Assembly (NCBI GenBank): GCA_963818935.1
Contig: CAWFUK010000022.1
Location: 30,012-94,011, forward strand
DNA length: 64,000 nt
Source: an uncultured Acidobacteriaceae bacterium
GTDB taxonomy: Bacteria; Acidobacteriota; Terriglobia; Terriglobales; Acidobacteriaceae
Direction: 5' to 3'
This document shows, one piece after another, positions 55,370-64,000 of this stretch; position 1 is the first letter of the stretch, and every line of letters begins with the position of its first letter. Below the pieces are notes generated by a model, which worked only from the letters and a program-made list of their open reading frames with translations, was not told the origin of the DNA and searched no databases. The translations under genes and the position numbers were made by a program.

Positions 55370-56557
55370 ATGAGTAGGTCGTCCCGCGGTCATCAATTCG
55401 TGTTGTGCGTTGCGATTTTTCTAGCGCTCGCACTCGCCGGCATCGCGCAAACCCCAGCCCCGCCCGCCCCCACGCAGGATTACCTGGTTTACGTCGTTTG
55501 CGAATCCGCCGACAAGGTTGTGCTCATACGATTCGGACCGAACGGTGCACACATCGAAAGCCAGTTCCACATCGGCCTCATGCCGATGGATGTCAACGGT
55601 CCCCACGGCGTCGTGGTCTCACCCGACAAACAATTCTTCTATGTCGCCGTCGGCCATGGACGCCCCGACGGCTCGGCCTGGAAGTTCAAGACCGGTACCG
55701 ATAGCGTCATCAAGTACACCAGCATCGGCCTGTTTCCGGCCACCACCGACATCAGCCCCGACGGCAACTTTATCTATGTCGCCAACGCCAACTTCCACGG
55801 CGACATGGTTCCCTCCTCGGTCTCGGTCGTCGCCACCGATCAGATGATCGAAGTCAAACGCATTCCCACCTGCACCATGCCGCACGGTTCACGTCTCAAT
55901 CACGCTGGTACCAAACACTATTCGGTCTGCATGATGGATGACATGCTGGTCGAAATCGATACCGGAAAGTTCGCCGTTGACCGCTACTTCATGCTGGCCA
56001 AGGGCAAAGAGATGGGCATGAGCGGCGCCCCGTACCCGCATGCCAAGGGCGATGGCAAAACTCCTGACGACTCTGACGGGAAGATGTCAGGCGGCATGGC
56101 GATGGACCACAAGCCCGCGTGCACGCCCACCTGGGCGCAGCCTTCGAATGATGGATCGGTCATCTACGTGGCCTGCAACCAATCCAACGAGATCGTTGCC
56201 ATCAACGCCGACACTTGGACTCTCGCTCGCCGCTTTCCCGCCGGAACCGGCGTCTACAATCTCGCGATGACCAAAGACGGCCGTCTGATCGCTACCAACA
56301 AGCGCGGCCAGTCCGTCTCCATCTTCGACCCGGTGAGTGGAAAAGAGCTGGCCAGACTTCCCACGCTCAGAAAAGTTGTCCACGGAGCCGTAGTCACGCC
56401 CGACGATCGCTACGTTTTTATCTCGGTCGAAGGTGTCGGCTCGGAGCCGGGCACGGTCGAAGTGATCGATCTTGCCAGTTACAAAACTGTGGCCACCGTC
56501 GACGTAGGTCCGCAGGCGGCAGGCATCGATTTCTGGAAAACGGAACCCGGCAAATAG
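55370..56557 (+). CDS. Secreted YVTN/YncE-like beta-propeller protein
   Basis: The ATG at 55370 gives a signal peptide (FVLCVAIFLALALAGIAQ). Blades are FYVAVGHG, IYVANANFHGD, IYVACNQSNEIVAIN and YVFISVEG. Confidence 0.65.
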   Translation: MSRSSRGHQFVLCVAIFLALALAGIAQTPAPPAPTQDYLVYVVCESADKVVLIRFGPNGAHIESQFHIGLMPMDVNGPHGVVVSPDKQFFYVAVGHGRPDGSAWKFKTGTDSVIKYTSIGLFPATTDISPDGNFIYVANANFHGDMVPSSVSVVATDQMIEVKRIPTCTMPHGSRLNHAGTKHYSVCMMDDMLVEIDTGKFAVDRYFMLAKGKEMGMSGAPYPHAKGDGKTPDDSDGKMSGGMAMDHKPACTPTWAQPSNDGSVIYVACNQSNEIVAINADTWTLARRFPAGTGVYNLAMTKDGRLIATNKRGQSVSIFDPVSGKELARLPTLRKVVHGAVVTPDDRYVFISVEGVGSEPGTVEVIDLASYKTVATVDVGPQAAGIDFWKTEPGK

Positions 56558-56616
56558 AAGGAGCTCGTAAAATTTTTTCGCGTAGAGCGCAGGTCTCATG
56601 CATCAAGAAAACTTAA

Positions 56617-56698
56617 CCCTGAGCGGAGCCGGCAAGGGCACGAGTTCCACTCGTGCCGATAGAAACTGCGAAGTGAATCCGGCTTTAGCCGCTGAGGG
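56617..56698 (+). repeat. Two-hairpin dispersed repeat, divergent copy e
   Basis: GGCAAGGGCACGAGT-tcc-ACTCGTGCC ... CGGC-TTTA-GCCG-CTGAGGG. The stems are maintained by paired substitutions. Confidence 0.75.
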
Positions 56699-56732
56699 AT
56701 CCCAGAATCGTTGCTTCCGCCCCGGAGGGCAA

Positions 56733-58844
56733 ATGTCAAAACGAAAAATATTCAAGCAGAGCAAATTGATATTGGCCGTTCTAGTCACGATTTTTGCCGT
56801 AGGCGCCATGTCCGCCCAGGACGCGGCCAAGAAAGATGACGCCGCCAAGCAGGAGCGTCCCACCAGTTCCGTAGCGCCCGCCAGCGTCGAGATCACTCCC
56901 AAAACCGCCGACGCCCACGTCGGCGAAAAACTAAAATTCACGGCCGTCGCGAAAGACGCCTCCGGAAATGTAATCGACGAAAAACCTTCCGTATGGTTTG
57001 CTGCGCCCTTCGATGTTGCCGGAGCGAACGACTCCGGCGAAGTCACTTTCCACGATGCCGGTGTGGTCACCGTGGGCGCCGTCATTGGCGGCAAGGCGGG
57101 CTACGCCACGGTCAACGTCGGCACATCCAAAGTCGCCAGCATTGACATCGATTCACCCGCGTATCCCATCGTTGCCGGAAGCGCGGAGAAACTCAACGCC
57201 ACTCCCCGCACCTCCGATGGCAAACCGCGCAGCGATGCCACCATCAAGTGGACTTCGGAAAAACCAGCCATCGCTAGCGTAGACGCAGCCGGCCTGGTCA
57301 CTGGACTCGCTCCCGGAAGCGCCACTATCAAAGCCTCCGCGGATGGCGCCAGCGGTACCGTGACATTTCAAGTCGTGCGCGATTCCGTACGTAAGCTAAC
57401 CGTGACTCCAGCCTCCACCGAAGCCCGCGCCGGAGATGTCGTCCACTTCACCGCAGCCGCGAGCGACGCCAGTGGAGGCCATTTGAAGAATCCTCCAGTT
57501 CGCTGGTCGATCACCGGCACCGGCGCCTCCGTCTATCCCGACGGAGCTTTCGTCGCCGAAAAAGCCGGCACCTACGTGATCACCGCCAGCAGCGGCCAGC
57601 ACAGCGCTTCTGCCTCCATCGTGGTTCGGCCACGAAACGTCGAGCGCGAGATGGAAGTGGTCTCTCACACGCCCATGCCCGATCTCCAAATGACCGAAGA
57701 ATGGATCATCGGACATCACGCCTACCTCGGCACCCTCGCCGATAAGGTTTTCACCTACGATATCTCCGATCCCGCCAACCCGAAGCTCCTCGACACCCTC
57801 AAAGTCGACGCTCGCATCATTAATGACATCAGTACCACCCCCGATGAAAAGATCGGCGTCTTCACTCGCGAGGGCGCCTCCAATCGCAAAAACGGAATCG
57901 TCTTCCTCGATACCTCCGACGCCGCGCATTTGAAGGTTCTTTCCGAATACACGGCCACGGTAAGCGGAGGCGTGCACAGCGCTTACATCGATGGCCACTA
58001 CGTCTACATCACCGACGACGCCACCGGCTCGATGCGCGTCATCGACTTTCAGGACGCGAAACATCCCAAGGAAGTGGCACGCTGGCAAACGGAAAATCCC
58101 ACGGCGGTCGCCTTCGACACCAAGTACGGAACCGTGACCAGCGGCCGCTACCTGCACGATCTGCAGATAATGGATGGCCTCGCCTATCTCGCCTATTGGC
58201 GCGACGGTTTGATCATCCTCGATGTAGGCAACGGCATGGCTGGTGGCAGCCCTGAGAATCCTAAGCTGGTCAGCCAATACAAATTCAATCACTACGAGCT
58301 CTATGGCGATGGCTGGCTCGCGGGCACCCACAGCGTTTTCCGCTACAAAAATTATCTCTTCGTCGGCGATGAAGTTTTTCCCGCCATCTTCGAACTCGAC
58401 AACCGCGACCGCATTCCGGTACGCGCCATCTGCCATGTCATGGATGTTTCCGATCTCAAACATCCCAAAGAAGTGGCGCAATATGAAGTGCCCGAAGGCG
58501 GCTCGCACAATTTCTGGGCCGCTAACGACATGCTCTATGAGGGCTACTACAGCGGGGGCGCGCGCGTGCTCGATATCTCCGGCGAACTGCGCGGCGATCT
58601 TTACCGTCAGGGCCGCGAGATCGCCCGCTTCTGGACCGGCGACAGCAAAGGCTATCGCCCGAATCTGCCCTTCACATGGGGAGGACAACCCTGCTCGGTG
58701 AAGTGCGACAGCGATCTCCTCAACAGCCTGATGTACTTCAACGACATCCACAGCGGCCTGTGGATCACCAAACTGGGCGAACCTAAATTCGAAGGCTCAA
58801 CCACTTCGCCCGCCGTGCGCAAGAGCGAAGAAACCATCCACTAA
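56733..58844 (+). CDS. Secreted protein with two Big_2-like Ig domains and LVIVD-type beta-propeller repeats
   Basis: The ATG at 56733 follows GGAGGG and gives a signal peptide (KLILAVLVTIFAVGAMSAQD). It has Big_2-like ATIKWTSEKPAIASVDAAGLVTGLAPGSATI and LVIVD-like MRVIDF, GLIILDV and ARVLDIS. Confidence 0.65.
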   Translation: MSKRKIFKQSKLILAVLVTIFAVGAMSAQDAAKKDDAAKQERPTSSVAPASVEITPKTADAHVGEKLKFTAVAKDASGNVIDEKPSVWFAAPFDVAGANDSGEVTFHDAGVVTVGAVIGGKAGYATVNVGTSKVASIDIDSPAYPIVAGSAEKLNATPRTSDGKPRSDATIKWTSEKPAIASVDAAGLVTGLAPGSATIKASADGASGTVTFQVVRDSVRKLTVTPASTEARAGDVVHFTAAASDASGGHLKNPPVRWSITGTGASVYPDGAFVAEKAGTYVITASSGQHSASASIVVRPRNVEREMEVVSHTPMPDLQMTEEWIIGHHAYLGTLADKVFTYDISDPANPKLLDTLKVDARIINDISTTPDEKIGVFTREGASNRKNGIVFLDTSDAAHLKVLSEYTATVSGGVHSAYIDGHYVYITDDATGSMRVIDFQDAKHPKEVARWQTENPTAVAFDTKYGTVTSGRYLHDLQIMDGLAYLAYWRDGLIILDVGNGMAGGSPENPKLVSQYKFNHYELYGDGWLAGTHSVFRYKNYLFVGDEVFPAIFELDNRDRIPVRAICHVMDVSDLKHPKEVAQYEVPEGGSHNFWAANDMLYEGYYSGGARVLDISGELRGDLYRQGREIARFWTGDSKGYRPNLPFTWGGQPCSVKCDSDLLNSLMYFNDIHSGLWITKLGEPKFEGSTTSPAVRKSEETIH

Positions 58845-58857
58845 AACGCAAACGTGT

Positions 58858-58881
58858 GCCCCGGACGCCTTCGTCCGGGGC
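58858..58881. terminator. GC-rich hairpin between convergent genes (putative terminator, direction ambiguous)
   Basis: GCCCCGGACG-cctt-CGTCCGGGGC, a 10-bp stem. An A7 run follows on the + strand, and GTTTGCGTTTT follows on the minus strand. Confidence 0.5.
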
Positions 58882-58948
58882 GTAAAAAAACTGACGAAAT
58901 ATGGAGCGCGCGAAAGCCTGCCCTGCTCCTGCCAAGGGAGCGCCCGCT

Positions 58949-59467
58949 CTACGGGCGTTTTCGCTCATACCTCAACTCTACCAATCCGCCCGAATAACTC
59001 TTGTTCTCCATCAGCGAGAATTCTCGCTGCGGAAAACCGGCCAGGAATAACCGAATCCCTTCTCCCAATAGAACCGGAACAATCCCCAGGTGAATCTCCT
59101 CTACCAGATCCTCTTTCAAAAAATCGCGCGCCAACTCGGCGCCGCCCATGAGCCAGATATTTTTTCCGTCAGCTTTACGAAGCCGTTCAACAAAAGTCCC
59201 AGGCGGCTCGTTGGTAAACATTGCGCCATAGCGTTCACCCGTCGGTTGCGAACGGGAGAAAACGTAGTACTTGAATCCTCCTGGCAGTGTTCCCCCACTC
59301 ATCTTCAATCCCACATCGAGTGTCTTCCTTCCCATAATGGCCGTGTCGCAGACGCCAAAAGCGTCGTTCGGATAGTCCTTCGGCCGAAAAAGAAAATCGA
59401 CATCGCCGTTCGAACGTGCGATATAGCCATCGAGACTAATACCCAAACTCAGAATGATCTTGCGCAT
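58949..59467 (-). CDS. Dihydrofolate reductase family protein (RibD C-terminal domain type)
   Basis: MRKIILSLGISLDGYIARSNGDVDFL ... IWLMGGAELA ... VDEIHLGIVPVLLGEG. Confidence 0.75.
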   Translation of the reverse strand: MRKIILSLGISLDGYIARSNGDVDFLFRPKDYPNDAFGVCDTAIMGRKTLDVGLKMSGGTLPGGFKYYVFSRSQPTGERYGAMFTNEPPGTFVERLRKADGKNIWLMGGAELARDFLKEDLVEEIHLGIVPVLLGEGIRLFLAGFPQREFSLMENKSYSGGLVELRYERKRP

Positions 59468-59649
59468 GATCGCGCATTCTATACGTTCCGCTCGGCGGGA
59501 TGCTGGCTGCAATGAATACGCTGCCCTATCCGCGGATGGAGACTTTTTTCTTCAGACTCATTCCGAAAGACTGGGGGAACAAGAAAGCGGAACGTGCTAA
59601 ATTATCCAAGTCGTTCCCAAACTGCCTCTCCACTTCTCAGGAGCTGCCT

Positions 59650-60825
59650 GTGATTTCCCGCTTCCTTCATTCCCTGCTTTTCATCCTGATCGTCACCTGC
59701 TCCATCGTGATTTTTTCCAACGCGAGCTTCGCGGCCGACGCCAAGTCAGACAACTCCAAGAACGGACCTCCGCCGATTCCTCCGGTTCTTTCGGTCACAC
59801 CGCTGGGCACGGTCCAGCAGAATCCAGACATCCTCGGCCGCGATGGTACGTTCAGCGCTCTCATTAACGGGAATTCGGTTTGGACATTCGGCGATACTCC
59901 CCTGACCGTGCCTGGCATCCTCGGCAATTATTGGGACGACAACTCGATGTCGTGGACCACGAATCTCGACGCTTCCAGCGGCATCGATTTGAATTACGAT
60001 CTGCTCGACAGCACCGGCGCGCCCGCAGAGTACCTGCCGTATCTCACCTGGGAAAGCACGTACAACTACAATCACGACAAAAATCACTGCACGCAGAAGC
60101 CCTGCGGCGCGGAGTACGCGATGTGGGATGGCCCGGTGATCAACGATACGGCGCGTAACCGGGTGCTCTATTACTACTATGAGCTGTATCGCGGCGTTCC
60201 GGGCATGACCGGGTGGGACACGATCGGCACGGGCATCGCAGTTCAAACCGCCGGTGGGGCGATTACGCGGCCCATTGAATGTCCCGGCTGCCAATATCCC
60301 ACGTTAATGTGGCAGGCTACGGCCGAAGCCTTCAACTCGGGGGCGCTGGTGGTCGGCGAGACTTTGTATTCCTACGGCTGCACCGCGGGCTTTCTGGTCG
60401 ACAACTGCCAAATTGCCAGAGTCCCGTTAGCCGATGCTCTGAACATCAACAAATGGACTTATTACGCGGGAAACAATGTCTGGAGCACAAGTCCAGCCAA
60501 AGCAGTCACCATCTTTCAAGGAGGCGCCGCAGCCAACCAGGTTTTCTATAGCCCCTATCTGGGCATGTACGTGAACATCTTCAATCCGGCGCTTGTGAAC
60601 GATATGTATTACATGGTCTCCTACACGCCCTGGGGACCGTGGTCGGCAGCAACGCTGCTTTTCAAAGGCGAAACTCCCTATCAGGGCAGTGTGAACTACA
60701 CCGGACAGGCTCACGTTGAGTTTGCGCAAGGCAATGGACAGACCCAATATGTCACCTACGCTCACCCCACCGGAGCTTTCACGAACGATCTGCCGGTGAA
60801 CCAAGTCGTCTTCGGCCAACCGTAG
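59650..60825 (+). CDS. Secreted hypothetical protein (possibly DUF4185-like, tentative)
   Basis: GTG 59650 follows GGAG and gives a signal peptide (FLHSLLFILIVTCSIVIFSNASFA). NSVWTFGDTPL resembles the DUF4185 signature as I remember it. Confidence 0.5.
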   Translation: MISRFLHSLLFILIVTCSIVIFSNASFAADAKSDNSKNGPPPIPPVLSVTPLGTVQQNPDILGRDGTFSALINGNSVWTFGDTPLTVPGILGNYWDDNSMSWTTNLDASSGIDLNYDLLDSTGAPAEYLPYLTWESTYNYNHDKNHCTQKPCGAEYAMWDGPVINDTARNRVLYYYYELYRGVPGMTGWDTIGTGIAVQTAGGAITRPIECPGCQYPTLMWQATAEAFNSGALVVGETLYSYGCTAGFLVDNCQIARVPLADALNINKWTYYAGNNVWSTSPAKAVTIFQGGAAANQVFYSPYLGMYVNIFNPALVNDMYYMVSYTPWGPWSAATLLFKGETPYQGSVNYTGQAHVEFAQGNGQTQYVTYAHPTGAFTNDLPVNQVVFGQP

Positions 60826-61075
60826 CTGGCGGGTGCTGTTTGATCTTGAAATCAACGGCGTCATTTTGAGCGTAGCCGTTTTTCAGACGTAGCGAGGAAT
60901 CTCCTCTCACTGGCGTAGCGCGTTAGCAGACTGCTCCACTATCTAACCGCAAGCCCGATTTCCAGCGAAGGGCGATCTGTCGCCATTTGAAAAGGGGCTA
61001 TCTTTCGTAACCCTTCGTGCACACTTTTCGCTGCACGTTAACATCCTAGAAATATCTTGGGAGTAACCTATCGGT

Positions 61076-61597
61076 ATGGGCTCGCCGCGCGTTGAAAAGT
61101 CGCTGCCTCTGCAAGTCGCCGCCGTCTGCTATCGCAGAAATAGCAAAGGCATCGAATTTCTCCTGGTGAATACCAACGGCGGAAATAAATGGACCTTCCC
61201 CAAAGGCTCTCCGGAAGCTCGCCTATCCCACAGCCAGGCAGCCGAGCGTGAAGCCGCGGAAGAAGCCGGCGCTCTCGGCACCATCGAGCCTCGCCACTTT
61301 CACCTTTACATTCACTCCAAGGGAGTCTTCTGGCAGCCCGGCGGCGTGCAGGAATTTGTGGTCAAAGCTTTTCTGATGGAGATTCACCAACTCCGCCGCC
61401 CCGACGAACCGCAGCGCAAGCCCACCTTGTTCACCGCAGAGGAAGCGCGGCAAAAATTAGCCAAAGGCCGCGAAGTCAAGTACGCCCACGAACTCGAAGC
61501 GGTCATTGACCGCGCGTTGGAACGCATTCAATTCCACAGCGAACTGTGGGGAAAATATCCCGAACCAAGAACTGGCCGCGCAGTAGCCCACCCGTAA
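61076..61597 (+). CDS. NUDIX hydrolase
   Basis: Nudix box PKGSPEARLSHSQAAEREAAEEAGA. Confidence 0.8.
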   Translation: MGSPRVEKSLPLQVAAVCYRRNSKGIEFLLVNTNGGNKWTFPKGSPEARLSHSQAAEREAAEEAGALGTIEPRHFHLYIHSKGVFWQPGGVQEFVVKAFLMEIHQLRRPDEPQRKPTLFTAEEARQKLAKGREVKYAHELEAVIDRALERIQFHSELWGKYPEPRTGRAVAHP

Positions 61598-61699
61598 ACC
61601 ATCGGGCTCAATATCCTTTGCAGTACCCTGTGCTCCTCTGTGTCCTCTGTGTTAAAGGTTTTCGCTTTCGCCATGTACAAGCTAGGCTCCGCCCGAGCG

Positions 61700-62332
61700 C
61701 TACTGACGCTGCGCGGCGATCGCCTTGCCCCCTACAACCAGAGTTAACCAGCCGATCCTGCCTTGGGCATCAGCCGTAAAGTTCACGTAGCCATCTCCGA
61801 CTCCAGTGATGGCAAACCTTGTCGGGGAAACTGGCGAGAGAGCGAGGCCCGAATGACTTCCGGCGGCTAGCGAAAGTGCGAGGCGATCACCTTTGAGGGG
61901 ATCGTTTTCGACTTGAATCCAAATCTTCGCCGGTGGGTTGATGGAAACGTATTTCCCGACGTACGGTTCAAGCCAGATCGTTACTCCGCGAGTTGGGACG
62001 GGCGCTGCAGGAACGGCCGCCACCACGCCAGGGCGTGGGCTCGTTGATGCGATGGTCTTACTTCGAGGATCGGCAGTCTCAGTAGGAATCACATCGAGTT
62101 GCCGGTATTCGGATAACTTCGCGGAATTCCCATTCGACGGTTGCGTTGTATTGACTACGACCTCTGGAAAACGCAGATTCAACACATGAATCCAGCTATA
62201 ACGAATTGCGAAGACGCTCATGAAGAAGAGCAAGAGCGACAGCAGCGAGCCGTGAATGATGGCCCATGTGCGAGGCCGGAATGCATCGAGCGTTTCGAAG
62301 GAAGGAAAGTCGTCCGCGTTCTCAACCATCAC
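61700..62332 (-). CDS. Membrane-anchored hypothetical protein with a C-terminal DUF3471-like beta domain (tentative)
   Basis: One TM helix (IIHGSLLSLLLFFMSVFAI). The C-terminal pattern YVGKYVS...IWIQVEND...LSPVSPTRFAI...VNFTADAQGRIGWLTL is present. Confidence 0.5.
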   Translation of the reverse strand: MMVENADDFPSFETLDAFRPRTWAIIHGSLLSLLLFFMSVFAIRYSWIHVLNLRFPEVVVNTTQPSNGNSAKLSEYRQLDVIPTETADPRSKTIASTSPRPGVVAAVPAAPVPTRGVTIWLEPYVGKYVSINPPAKIWIQVENDPLKGDRLALSLAAGSHSGLALSPVSPTRFAITGVGDGYVNFTADAQGRIGWLTLVVGGKAIAAQRQ

Positions 62333-62436
62333 TCACCTCCGACGCAATCCGCTCGAATTCTACTCCAAATACGTCAATCGTTAGACAGCCCCAAAAAACA
62401 GGACGTCCCAAGTTTCCCTGTTACGATAATTCCAGC

Positions 62437-64000
62437 ATGATTCAGCTTTCCGGCGCCGGAAAACGTTTCGGCCACAAACTCCTTTTTGAAAATACCGACT
62501 GGCTCATCACCTCCCGCGACCGCGTCGGCCTGGTGGGCGCGAACGGCACCGGCAAGTCCACGCTGATGAAAATTCTCGCCGGCCTCGACACGCTCGATTA
62601 CGGCTCGCTCATCGTTGCCAAAGGCACCACCGCCGGCTATCTCCCACAAGATGGCCTCTCACTCTCCGGCCGCACCGTCTTCGCCGAATGCATGACAGTG
62701 TTTGACGATCTGCGCGCGATGGAAGTCGAGATGGAATCTCTGCTGCATAAGTTCTCTGAACTCGACCACGCCAGCCCCGAGTACGCCGATGTCGCCGACC
62801 GCTATCACAGCCTGGAGCACGAATTCCGCACTCGCGACGGCTACTCCATCGAAGCCGAAGTCGGAAGAGTCCTGATGGGCCTGGGTTTTCGCAAAGAAGA
62901 TTGGGACCGGCAAACCGACGAATTCTCCGGCGGATGGCAGATGCGGCTTGCCCTGGCCAAACTTCTATTGCAAAAACCAAATCTGCTGCTGCTCGACGAA
63001 CCCACCAACCATCTCGACCTCGAAGCTCGCAACTGGCTGGAAGAGTACTTACATAATTATCCCCACGCTTTTGTGCTCATCTCGCACGATCGCTACTTTC
63101 TCGACGTGACCGTCAACAAGATCGCCGAAATCTGGAACAAGCGTTTCTGGTTCTACACCGGCAACTACGATAAATTCCTGGCGCAGAAAACGCAGCGCAA
63201 CGAGCAACTCCTGGCGGCCTACAAAAATCAGCGCGACCGCATTGAGCAACTCGAAGTCTTCATCAACCGCTTCCGCTATCAGGCCACCAAGGCCAAGCAG
63301 GTGCAAAGCCGCATCAAAGAACTGGAAAAGATCGAGCGCATTGAAGTCCCGCCGGAAGAAAAAACCATCCACTTTTCTTTTCCGCAGCCCAAGCCCAGCG
63401 GCCGCATCGTCGCCGAGTTTGTAGATGTAGCCAAGACCTATCCCGCCCGACCCGATCTTCGAAAAAATGACGGCCAGAATAACAACGGCCGCAGCGGCGA
63501 AAAAGAAGTCTTCCGCGACGTCAACTTCCTCATCGAAAAAGGCGACCGCATCGCGCTCGTCGGCGTCAATGGAGCCGGAAAATCTACGCTGATCAAACTG
63601 CTCGCCGGCGCGGAAAAGCCCACGCAAGGCGAATATAAACAAGGCCACAATGTCGAAGCCGACTACTTTGCCCAGGATCAATACAAAGAACTCGCAGCCG
63701 ACGCCACTCTCATCGACGATCTCGGCGCCGCCTCTCCGCGCTCTACGCAAACCGAACTGCGCAGCCTGCTCGGCTGTTTTCTGTTTTCCGAAGACGACGT
63801 TTTCAAAAAGATTGGAGTCCTCTCCGGCGGCGAGCGCGGACGCTATGCTCTTCTGCGCCTCTTGCTTCATCCCGCAAATTTCCTGCTGCTCGACGAACCC
63901 ACCAACCACCTCGACCTGCGCGCCAAAGATGTTCTGCTCGAGGCGCTCGTCGGTTACACCGGTACCGTCGTTTTCGTTTCGCACGATCGTTACTTCATCG
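62437..64000 (+). CDS. ABC-F family ATPase (3' end lies outside the window)
   Basis: The frame is open from ATG 62437 to the window end. Two ABC modules are present: GANGTGKST / FSGGWQMRLALA / LLLLDEPTNHLD and GVNGAGKST / LSGGERGRYALL / LLLLDEPTNHLD. No TM domain is present. Confidence 0.9.
   Translation, partial: MIQLSGAGKRFGHKLLFENTDWLITSRDRVGLVGANGTGKSTLMKILAGLDTLDYGSLIVAKGTTAGYLPQDGLSLSGRTVFAECMTVFDDLRAMEVEMESLLHKFSELDHASPEYADVADRYHSLEHEFRTRDGYSIEAEVGRVLMGLGFRKEDWDRQTDEFSGGWQMRLALAKLLLQKPNLLLLDEPTNHLDLEARNWLEEYLHNYPHAFVLISHDRYFLDVTVNKIAEIWNKRFWFYTGNYDKFLAQKTQRNEQLLAAYKNQRDRIEQLEVFINRFRYQATKAKQVQSRIKELEKIERIEVPPEEKTIHFSFPQPKPSGRIVAEFVDVAKTYPARPDLRKNDGQNNNGRSGEKEVFRDVNFLIEKGDRIALVGVNGAGKSTLIKLLAGAEKPTQGEYKQGHNVEADYFAQDQYKELAADATLIDDLGAASPRSTQTELRSLLGCFLFSEDDVFKKIGVLSGGERGRYALLRLLLHPANFLLLDEPTNHLDLRAKDVLLEALVGYTGTVVFVSHDRYFI

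Noticed and set aside
56598-56732. N-terminal extension of the Big_2/LVIVD ORF.
   Set aside because: The extension is simply a translation of repeat copy e (…GAGKGTSSTRADRN…). The real start is ATG 56733, after GGAGGG.
57396-58751. 451-aa ORF on the minus strand.
   Set aside because: It is antisense to the Big_2/LVIVD gene, has Gly/Ala/Val/Asp-rich shadow composition, and has no start context or motifs.
61634-61651. Direct 9-mer duplication TCCTCTGTG-TCCTCTGTG between convergent genes.
   Set aside because: It is a tiny tandem duplication with no associated structure or second copy in the window. It is probably slippage or part of a repeat family that cannot be assessed here.
63049-63984. 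311-aa ORF on the minus strand.
   Set aside because: It is antisense to the ABC-F gene, whose Walker and signature motifs are unambiguous on the + strand.

Overview
This is a 64-kb chromosomal window with moderately high GC. Gene content and the types of intergenic repeat suggest an Acidobacteriota-like soil bacterium, but that is inference, not proof. Most of the window is housekeeping. It holds a partial TolC-family gene, a Tat-exported aldo/keto reductase and a GT2 glycosyltransferase. An ICM-type acyl-CoA mutase is split into large and B12-binding subunit genes, which are separated by an ORF6N gene and an alkA-like gene. A leucine/HMG-CoA catabolic cluster follows (carboxyltransferase, HMG-CoA lyase, enoyl-CoA hydratases, thioesterase), then hutH and the conserved uppS-cdsA-dxr-rseP block. 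Further along are a Hanks-type kinase fused to a TolB-like propeller, two tandem CPBP proteases, ispG, ku, a class A PBP, proS, a KpsF-like isomerase, a K+ channel and a UDP-glucose-dehydrogenase-family gene. The window also carries several secreted beta-propeller proteins and ends in a partial ABC-F ATPase. I do not see a recognisable multi-gene defence or secondary-metabolite system. Seven observations are the most unusual. (1) A roughly 3.6-kb integrative element lies in tRNA-Pro(TGG). It duplicates the 5' half of the tRNA rather than the usual 3' half, and it carries both a tyrosine and a serine recombinase plus an HNH-AP2 gene behind a highly structured leader. (2) A dispersed two-hairpin repeat of about 60-80 nt occurs five times, all in one orientation, with compensatory base changes in both stems. 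(3) A decayed four-helix-bundle (23S-IVS-protein family) gene is bracketed by 41-42-nt inverted repeats between kpsF and proS. (4) A secreted 161-aa protein has 16 Cys, including six CC doublets. (5) Single-nucleotide frame breaks interrupt the carboxyltransferase and the kinase, both at short homopolymers. (6) The UDP-glucose-dehydrogenase homologue has Phe where the catalytic Cys is expected. (7) The KpsF-like SIS domain has an in-frame insertion of about 45 aa that contains a hairpin. All family assignments come from motifs read by eye. No database search or folding calculation was run.
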